NCBI GenBank assembly: GCA_027365445.1 | Contig: DAHXNJ010000049.1 | Span: 1 to 39,966 of the forward strand | Length of the DNA stretch: 39,966 bases | Origin: Candidatus Saccharimonadota bacterium | GTDB lineage: Bacteria; Patescibacteriota; Saccharimonadia; Saccharimonadales; UBA4665 | Direction of reading: 5' to 3' | Shown: positions 16,181 through 23,367 of the stretch, piece by piece | Layout: each line of letters opens with the position of its first letter | Numbering within the stretch: position 1 is the stretch's first letter | Translations under genes and position numbers: made by a program | Notes under the pieces: generated by a model | Told to the model about the DNA's origin: nothing | Database searches by the model: none | The model's input: only the letters and a program-made list of their open reading frames with translations

Positions 16181-17989
16181 ATGCTTATGTTTGCAGATAG
16201 ATTGGCTGTTCTTGTAAATCTTAACCAACCAGGTCACTTTCTTCATTGGTCTTTCTTTACCATATCGGTTGCTAACTTGGTAATCATAGCTGTCATGGTA
16301 GTTATTTTTGGATTAGCATTGCTATTGCCTTTCCCTAAGGGTCGTAAAGAAGAAAATGAAATACAGGACGATCGACCAATTCAAGAGGATGTAAACTTAA
16401 GGACATCGGCACTAGTAGCCTCTCCTGAAAGTAAGATGTGGACAGCTCGAGTAAGAAATTTTGGACTTCGAATTTTACCACCAGGTAAGCTACTTCCTGA
16501 TAGACAACCAGCTTATGTGTCATCTTGGATTTATGTCTTTGGTGTTGCCACACTAGCTGCTCTAGGAATGGTCGTTGCATCAGGTATGGCTCTTGCCATT
16601 GGTGGACCAGATTGGTGGCATACTAACCCAATTGGTCATTTCTTTAATAGTATGCATTTGTGGGGTGTAGAGCTGTTTATGGCTTTTATGGTCATCCATC
16701 TATGGGGTAAATTCTGGATGGCTGCATGGAGAGGCAAACGTTCACTAACATGGATTACTGGTGTCATTGCGTTTGTCACCTCAATCTTGGAATGCTTTAC
16801 GGGTTATTTATCTCAACAAAACTTTGACTCTCAATGGATAGCTACAAACGGCAAGGACGCAATCAATGCTACGGGTATGGGTAGTTTTTTTAATCTAATG
16901 AACTTTGGCCAAATGTTAATGTGGCATATTGTGCTTATTCCTATTGTTCTAGTGGCGATCATAGGGGCACATGTATTATTGGTTCGAGTTAAGGGAGTTG
17001 TTCATCCAATTCAAAGCAAGTCGCATAGTAGAGCTGAGCGTAAAGCAATAAGAGCAGCAGAAGCCAAAGCCTGGCGTGGCGCAACTCGTCGTTATGACAT
17101 CTTAAAAGAAGCAAGCATAGCTTCGCTAGTAGTGTTTTTGTTAGTTATTGGCTTAGCAACATTACTATCTTCACCTGATAAGCCACCGGTTACTGTTGCT
17201 AGTTGGGCTAAAGTAGCTCCAGCTAATTTTATGGCTACGGCTGCCAGTGAATTAGCGGGGACAAGCGAAACAGCCACTTATGGGCCACCGTATGACCATT
17301 TACCCAAGCAAGGGTCAGATGATGCTCAGAAAATTGGCATTAGTTGGCAACTGTTAGCTGGTGTAACACAACCTATAAATACTGGTCAAACTTTTGTGCT
17401 ATCACCTTTGTCCAAGATAGCTCCAACGAACAAAAAGCTATCTATGGCTCTAGACAAATATGAAGCTGCTAGCACAACCCAACGACAATCCTGGAACAGG
17501 GCATATGCTAAAGCGGTGACTAAGGTTCGTTTCGTTTCTGGTGTGCCCAAACTACCAAAGACTAAAGCTGGACCAATACCCACTCTTATAACAACCGAGT
17601 TAACGCTTGCGAGATCAGGAGCAATAGATGCTGATTTACTAGCGCAGCAGCCATTTTATGGCACCAATTACACGAAACCTTTATTATTTATTGAGGATGG
17701 TAATTACTTTTCGTCAATAGCCAAAAAGGACCATTTATATGGAACTCAATGGGGTGTAATGAACGAGACTGGGAGTTATCCAGGTCAACCATGGCTATGG
17801 CTTTATACCTTGTGGTATCAGGTACCTGGCTTTAGCACATCAATGAATGTAGACTTAATTGCCGTATATTTAACAGGACTGGCTACATTAATTTTATTAT
17901 TAATACCGTTTATACCAGGTATTAGGGATATACCCAAGATCGTACCAATTTATCGTTTAATATGGAAAAGGTGGTATAAAAGTAAATAG
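16181..17989 (+). CDS. Di-haem cytochrome b (QcrB/b6-like N-terminal domain) with atypical C-terminal half
   Basis: Helix B has His...His 14 residues apart (MHLWGVELFMAFMVIHLWGKFWMAAWRG). Helix D has His...His 15 apart (WHIVLIPIVLVAIIGAHVLL), the b6/QcrB spacing. LECFTGY resembles QcrB FEGYFGY. The real start may be ATG 16187. Confidence 0.8.
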   Translation: MLMFADRLAVLVNLNQPGHFLHWSFFTISVANLVIIAVMVVIFGLALLLPFPKGRKEENEIQDDRPIQEDVNLRTSALVASPESKMWTARVRNFGLRILPPGKLLPDRQPAYVSSWIYVFGVATLAALGMVVASGMALAIGGPDWWHTNPIGHFFNSMHLWGVELFMAFMVIHLWGKFWMAAWRGKRSLTWITGVIAFVTSILECFTGYLSQQNFDSQWIATNGKDAINATGMGSFFNLMNFGQMLMWHIVLIPIVLVAIIGAHVLLVRVKGVVHPIQSKSHSRAERKAIRAAEAKAWRGATRRYDILKEASIASLVVFLLVIGLATLLSSPDKPPVTVASWAKVAPANFMATAASELAGTSETATYGPPYDHLPKQGSDDAQKIGISWQLLAGVTQPINTGQTFVLSPLSKIAPTNKKLSMALDKYEAASTTQRQSWNRAYAKAVTKVRFVSGVPKLPKTKAGPIPTLITTELTLARSGAIDADLLAQQPFYGTNYTKPLLFIEDGNYFSSIAKKDHLYGTQWGVMNETGSYPGQPWLWLYTLWYQVPGFSTSMNVDLIAVYLTGLATLILLLIPFIPGIRDIPKIVPIYRLIWKRWYKSK

Positions 17990-18055
17990 TATATTTTTTA
18001 AGCTAATCTAAAGCATAAAAATGAGAGAGTATAATTAGAAATATACATAAACAAT

Positions 18056-18328
18056 ATGAGAGGGGCTACCATAATGGAGCAGGATAAAGGGGATCGCAGC
18101 GCTGACGGAGAAAGGTATCTTAATATGTTAGGCTTAGGTGAATATGCCAATAGGCAAATACCGGGTCGAACAGAATTAGGTAAGGACTTCTTGTCTATAT
18201 GTGGCGATCAGGCAGAGCAATCGCTTAAAGGTTTTGAGAGCATGAGTACTGAACATCCCAAATATAAACTAGCCAGGGATATGCTTAGAGGAAAATTAAT
18301 TACTTATTGGGATAAAGAAATAGAATAA
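18056..18328 (+). CDS. Hypothetical small protein (84-90 aa)
   Basis: SD GAGGGG sits 8 nt upstream of the in-frame ATG at 18074, so 18074 is the more likely start. Ends ...YWDKEIE. The downstream acidic-protein gene follows after 29 nt. Confidence 0.55.
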   Translation: MRGATIMEQDKGDRSADGERYLNMLGLGEYANRQIPGRTELGKDFLSICGDQAEQSLKGFESMSTEHPKYKLARDMLRGKLITYWDKEIE

Positions 18329-18357
18329 AAAATAAATAGGGTGGAAACTCGAAAATA

Positions 18358-20016
18358 ATGCCAATTAATGAATCTATCAATGTTATAACTAAGAGCGATG
18401 AAAGAGCTGCCTATTTAGCTACACAAGCAAGCAACGCCGAACAAACCAGTGATAGATCTCAAGACATAGAATCTCAAGAATTTAGCTTAAGCGACTCCGA
18501 ACAAGCTAGGCTTAGTCATAAGCATAAAAATGGTCAAGAGTTTAGTGCATATAGTGCTGAACAGGCTAAAAAAATGTGTCCATTTTTAGGAGGGTTATCA
18601 TTAGAAGAGGCGGATCTTTATTTAACTTTATATGAACTTGGTGGTGAGGTAATGGCAAAAGAAGAGAAGGCTAAGTCTGAACAACGAGGTAATTTAAATA
18701 AAGAAAATAGCAAAGAACATATCCTAAAAGTAAAAAAAGATAAGGAGGAGATTTCTAGTGTAAGCACACCTCATACTGAAATAGTAAGACCGATTATAGA
18801 GTCAAGCCTTTCAGAAGATGAATTGTTGCTAAGTAAATCAAAACAAGAGTTGTCGCCTAGGCCGTTAATAGAGTTGTCTTTGCCAGATCTACCTACTCCA
18901 ATAGAGCCACCTAATATTAGAGCCGTACCACAAGAAGAACTTCATCAGCAATCTGTTGAACCATTAGATACTGTATTGGCTAGTAGTGTGCCAGATGATG
19001 CAATTAGATTACAGATTGATCAGCAAATTAATGAAGCTTTAGTTGCACCAATCATAGAAACAAGTAGGGATGATAATGTAGTTAACGATAGATTAATTGT
19101 AGCCGAGGAATTTACAGCCTTGCCTAATTTGGATATATTATTCCAGAATACAATAGCTAAAGGAGACTATCTTGAGGATAAACCTTTAATTTATTCTATA
19201 GATGAACTAGAAAGTAGGTTAGTTAATAAAGAAGATATTATACTGCCGGATGTATCAATTACTGAAGAAGAAAATGACGATGCATTTTTTGCGATAACAG
19301 CAAATGATATGGGCGAAATGATAGCTAATGACGCACTTAGCGTAAGAAGGTCTGAAGAAGTTGTTGTTCTGGTTGACGAAGCCATACGGTTAAGTGAAAG
19401 TACTGAAACGGGCGCTGATCAAGCTGATCTTTGTAATCCGGTTGAATTGTTGTGTGATATTTTAGAAGATGCTAGATTAAAGCAGCTCAGTGAGATACTT
19501 GTCATGCCTGACTTATTAAATAGCGATTATGAGCCAGATAGTTTAGATATAAAAGAAGATAATCTATCAGAGGAAGAGATGGTTATCTTTCCTGCTTCGA
19601 TGATAAAGATAGTCGATCGACTTAGTGCTCCAATTGATGAGAGTGAGACAAATATGGCTCATATTGTTACGGAGATTATAATTAAAGCTCAATTGTTATC
19701 AGAACCAGTAACTGAGTCTATAGACTTAAGTGATGAAGAATTTAAGGATATTGAATGTGAGCTAGAAGTATTGGTAGCAAATTTATATGATGCTATGGGT
19801 ATCGACTTTGATCAATCGGAAATTGATCTATTTGTTAGTATACTGAAGGATCATAAATTTCACTCTAGTGTGTCTTTAGAGCAATCCGATATTGACTTAA
19901 CTAAAGCCGGAACTAGAGAAGCAAAAACAAGTTTTCAGCACTTTAGTAATACTTTTATTGATTGGCAACAACAAATACTTATGCTAATTGGTAAATTATC
20001 GTTGCTATATGCATAG
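18358..20016 (+). CDS. Hypothetical hyper-acidic protein (552 aa), likely largely disordered or extended
   Basis: Long clean ORF, very Asp/Glu/Ser/Leu-rich. Repeated (R/A)P(I/L)IE(S/L/T)S motif at residues 144, 168 and 230. Internal YELGGE at residues 92-97. Short hydrophobic C-terminus ILMLIGKLSLLYA. No recognisable domain. Confidence 0.65.
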   Translation: MPINESINVITKSDERAAYLATQASNAEQTSDRSQDIESQEFSLSDSEQARLSHKHKNGQEFSAYSAEQAKKMCPFLGGLSLEEADLYLTLYELGGEVMAKEEKAKSEQRGNLNKENSKEHILKVKKDKEEISSVSTPHTEIVRPIIESSLSEDELLLSKSKQELSPRPLIELSLPDLPTPIEPPNIRAVPQEELHQQSVEPLDTVLASSVPDDAIRLQIDQQINEALVAPIIETSRDDNVVNDRLIVAEEFTALPNLDILFQNTIAKGDYLEDKPLIYSIDELESRLVNKEDIILPDVSITEEENDDAFFAITANDMGEMIANDALSVRRSEEVVVLVDEAIRLSESTETGADQADLCNPVELLCDILEDARLKQLSEILVMPDLLNSDYEPDSLDIKEDNLSEEEMVIFPASMIKIVDRLSAPIDESETNMAHIVTEIIIKAQLLSEPVTESIDLSDEEFKDIECELEVLVANLYDAMGIDFDQSEIDLFVSILKDHKFHSSVSLEQSDIDLTKAGTREAKTSFQHFSNTFIDWQQQILMLIGKLSLLYA

Positions 20017-20079
20017 CTTTTAATTCCTTGTTATTAGTTTAAGTCATGGACTGTATATTTAAACCAATATATAGTAATA

Positions 20080-20502
20080 ATGTATAATACATTAAAATAT
20101 GGATATATTATGATTGAAGGAGCTAGGGACTTAGAGGCTTACACCATAACCAGAGATGAATATTATAGTAAAAATGTAGGTGATCAAGAGAGAAAAATAA
20201 TAAAGCCAAATATTACTGATATGGCTAATAAAATAATAAAAGCAGAGATGCTTAGTGATATTATTAGCGATAAGCCATGGATTGATCGTGCAAAATGTAA
20301 TATTCAAAAAGTAGAAGCAAACCTATTTTTCCCATCAACAACAGAAGGGGCTATAGTAGCTTGTGAGTATTGCCAGGATTGCCCGGTAAAAAAAGAATGT
20401 AAACAATATGCAATTGACAACAAAGAAGTATATGGAGTATGGGGTGGTGTTGATTTTGAGAGAGAAAAGAGAAGGGCAAAATATTTGCGAAACCATAAAT
20501 AA
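20080..20502 (+). CDS. WhiB-like (Wbl) Fe-S transcription factor with N-terminal extension
   Basis: Cys pattern C-x24-C-x2-C-x5-C (AKCN...CEYCQDCPVKKECKQYA), the G(V)WGG turn (YGVWGGV) and a basic tail EREKRRAKYLRNHK. The start is uncertain (20080 or in-frame ATG 20110). Confidence 0.85.
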   Translation: MYNTLKYGYIMIEGARDLEAYTITRDEYYSKNVGDQERKIIKPNITDMANKIIKAEMLSDIISDKPWIDRAKCNIQKVEANLFFPSTTEGAIVACEYCQDCPVKKECKQYAIDNKEVYGVWGGVDFEREKRRAKYLRNHK

Positions 20503-20645
20503 GTGAGCATTTAAATAAATTAGTTTGCGAGGACTGTCATTAGGGTGTTTTTTTGGGATATGAAAAAGATGAGATAAGTGTTAATATAATAATTGTAAGC
20601 TAAAAACAAAAACATTATTTTAAAGTTGCTGCCGTTATTTGAGGC

Positions 20646-21764
20646 ATGAGAAAAAAAATATTAAAGCTACTATCCAAAAGAGTTAAGAATACCTTCTATT
20701 CGGTTGGTTCTATATTTTTAGTTGGATTAGTTATATCTTTTGCGTTACCTCCTATAAAAAGAATAAATATCGTGCCTACTTCTCAATCTAAAGTAATAAC
20801 TAAGCCAAAGGCCGTTATTAAACCAGAAAAAGTAAAGCCTAAGACAATATCTAAGCCAAGTCCTAAGCCCGTTGTTAGTTATAATAGTCCACCACCTGTA
20901 ACTAAAAGTCCTGCTCCTACAACTACTCAGAAGACTACGTCTGCTCCAACGACAGTTATTACTCCCGCACCGAGTAGCAGTGTAAATACACTAACTCCCT
21001 CAACTTCGTCATCCTCTACCAGTACTTCCACTTCCACTTCGACCTCTTCGTCATCCTCAACTAGTACTTCAACTTCGACCTCTTCATCAACCCCTACTTC
21101 TAGTCCTCCTCCCGCTACTACATCTACGAGTTATACTTCATCAAATTGGGCAGGGTATCTAGTTGCTTCGACAAAGTATACCGCTATAACTGCTGACTGG
21201 GTTGCTCCAACAGTTACCGGTAATGGTGCTTCTCTTTCAGCTGACGCATCTTGGATTGGGATTGGTGGTGTTACGACTTCAGATTTAATACAAATCGGGA
21301 CAGATAATACCGTATCATCTTCAGGAGTTGTAACTACAGGAGCTTTTTATGAGCTTTTACCTAATGCCGCTATTACGATCACCTCCCTTAACATATCACC
21401 TGGAGATACAATAAATGCATCAATCCAAGAAACTTCTACTAATGAATGGACGATTACGTTAATTGATGTAACTAAAAATCAAACTTTTACTAAAAATGTT
21501 TCCTATACTTCTTCGTTGTCTTCGGCTGAGTGGATCGAAGAAGATCCAAGCAATAGCTCTGGAAACCTATATCCGTTGGATAATTTTGGCACTGTATCTT
21601 TTAGTGACGTTACTACGACTGCAAATGGTACTAAAGAAGATTTAAGTGCTGTCAATGGAGATAGTATTACGATGTTAAATAGTTCAAGTCAACCTATTGC
21701 TACGCCATCAGCTATTGGAAGCAATGGTTCTAGTTTTAGTGTAACTAGGCAAAATCCTAGTTAA
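20646..21764 (+). CDS. Membrane-anchored glutamic peptidase, G1/eqolisin (Peptidase A4) family, with Pro/Ser/Thr linker
   Basis: N-terminal TM and a P/S/T-rich linker. SSNWAGY, SWIGIGG, LIQIGTD (catalytic Gln position) and AEWIEEDP (catalytic Glu position) match the scytalidoglutamic peptidase signature. Confidence 0.8.
   Translation: MRKKILKLLSKRVKNTFYSVGSIFLVGLVISFALPPIKRINIVPTSQSKVITKPKAVIKPEKVKPKTISKPSPKPVVSYNSPPPVTKSPAPTTTQKTTSAPTTVITPAPSSSVNTLTPSTSSSSTSTSTSTSTSSSSSTSTSTSTSSSTPTSSPPPATTSTSYTSSNWAGYLVASTKYTAITADWVAPTVTGNGASLSADASWIGIGGVTTSDLIQIGTDNTVSSSGVVTTGAFYELLPNAAITITSLNISPGDTINASIQETSTNEWTITLIDVTKNQTFTKNVSYTSSLSSAEWIEEDPSNSSGNLYPLDNFGTVSFSDVTTTANGTKEDLSAVNGDSITMLNSSSQPIATPSAIGSNGSSFSVTRQNPS
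21006..21083 (+). repeat. Imperfect tandem duplication (42 + 36 nt) encoding the poly-Ser/Thr linker
   Basis: Unit tcgtcatcctc.ac.agtacttc(cacttc)cacttcgacctct at 21006-21047 is repeated at 21048-21083 without the 6-nt insert. Confidence 0.8.
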
Positions 21765-21775
21765 GGGATATAAAA

Positions 21776-23236
21776 ATGAATAATGAAAATTTAAGAATAT
21801 ATGAGATCAATACCGCCAGTTGGTTAACTAAACTTAGTGTTAAATATGAGACGGCAATCAATTTAGGAAATATACCACTGAATGAGTGGAATAGTATTAT
21901 AGGTTTAGACTTTAATGCCATTTGGTTAATGGGCATTTGGCAACGCAGCGACCTGGCCATAGATATCAATCTTGCAGATGAAGCGTTTATGTCTGAAATG
22001 AGTAGTATATTAGATAACTTTAACCCTAGAAATGATTTAATAGGCTCTGCGTATAGCGTACGGGATTATGCTGTTAATGAAAAATTTGGAGATAAAGAAG
22101 ATGTTATTAAGATTAAAAAACTATTAAATGAAAGTGGTATCAAATTAATTCTAGATTATGTACCAAATCATGTGGCGCCGGATCACAAATGGGCAAAAGA
22201 TCATCCTGAGTATTTTATTCAAGGTAGTATAGAAGAGGCAAACAATGATCCAAAAGCATATTTAAATATTGATGGTAATGTTTATGCTAATGGTCGTGAC
22301 CCATATCTAGAACCTTGGAATGATGTTATTCAACTCAATGCATTTAATGAGGAATATCGAAAAGCTTCGGTTGAATTATTATTATCTATTGCACCTATGT
22401 GTGATGGAGTTAGGTGTGATATGGCTATGTTAATGTTAAGTTCGATATTCATAAGTACTTGGAAGAGTAAGTTGAATGAGGAAAGTCATGAAGAATACTG
22501 GCTTCAGGTTATTCCTCGGGTAAAGGAAGAATATCCAGACTTTATTTTTATTGCCGAAAGCTATTGGAACTGCGAACGAGAATTAATCAGTAATGGATTT
22601 GATATTTGTTATGATAAAGATTTTTACGATCATCTTCTAGCTAGGGATGTACATCTATTAGGTCTAGACATTAATAAAGATATTCATGACTTAAACCAAA
22701 CACTGAGATTTCTAGAAAATCATGATGAACCAAGGATTGCTACAGCTTTGCCTTATGAATTATTGAAAATAGCCTTGATTGTATTTGCTGCTACGCCAGG
22801 ATCAAAACTATTCTTTGATGGACAATTAGAAGGTATGAAAATTCGTACCCCGGTTCAGCTTAACAGAGATCCAGCAAGCCAGACTGATGAATATTTAGCT
22901 CACTATTATCGACGGTTTCTATTTTTAATCAATAACATAGAGCTAGTTTCGTTAGACTATCTTGTAGTTCGTTTTTATGATGATAGCTTAAATAATCGAC
23001 TACTTAGCTGGGCGTACACTAGTAGTAAGCAGGGCTATTTATTCTTAACAAATTGGAGTAGTGACATGATACAGTTAAATATGGCTACATTGGATATTGC
23101 TAACTTATTAGATAATAAAAAAATAGATTGCATTTTTACGACCAATGAAGATAATAGATATGTTGAAACTTTATCTTTAGAAACAGATATAAGCATTGAA
23201 CCTTATGAAGGATTGATATTGAGCATTAGCTCTTAA
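21776..23236 (+). CDS. GH13 alpha-amylase-family glycoside hydrolase (cytoplasmic, 486 aa)
   Basis: LDYVPNHVAPDH (region I), GVRCDMAM (II), FIAESYW (III), FLENHDEPR (IV). SD AAGGGA. Lies 11 nt after the G1 peptidase gene. Confidence 0.85.
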   Translation: MNNENLRIYEINTASWLTKLSVKYETAINLGNIPLNEWNSIIGLDFNAIWLMGIWQRSDLAIDINLADEAFMSEMSSILDNFNPRNDLIGSAYSVRDYAVNEKFGDKEDVIKIKKLLNESGIKLILDYVPNHVAPDHKWAKDHPEYFIQGSIEEANNDPKAYLNIDGNVYANGRDPYLEPWNDVIQLNAFNEEYRKASVELLLSIAPMCDGVRCDMAMLMLSSIFISTWKSKLNEESHEEYWLQVIPRVKEEYPDFIFIAESYWNCERELISNGFDICYDKDFYDHLLARDVHLLGLDINKDIHDLNQTLRFLENHDEPRIATALPYELLKIALIVFAATPGSKLFFDGQLEGMKIRTPVQLNRDPASQTDEYLAHYYRRFLFLINNIELVSLDYLVVRFYDDSLNNRLLSWAYTSSKQGYLFLTNWSSDMIQLNMATLDIANLLDNKKIDCIFTTNEDNRYVETLSLETDISIEPYEGLILSISS

Positions 23237-23367
23237 AGTAATAAAGGCGGTTCGTGTATTAGATTTAACATAACATAATGCTAAAAAAGTTAGCATATAT
23301 GCATAAATTATGATATAATAAATATTAACAAGATTATAAAATCTTATATTAAGTAGATAAGAGGCCT

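Noticed and set aside
15986-16246. 86-aa minus-strand ORF spanning the start of the ligase homologue and the start of the cytochrome b gene
   Set aside because: It overlaps two well-supported genes and the promoter spacer. I looked at it as a possible Pup-like gene, but it ends ..NPTTQD, is basic and Cys/Ile-rich, and has no Pup-like helix or GGQ/GGE.
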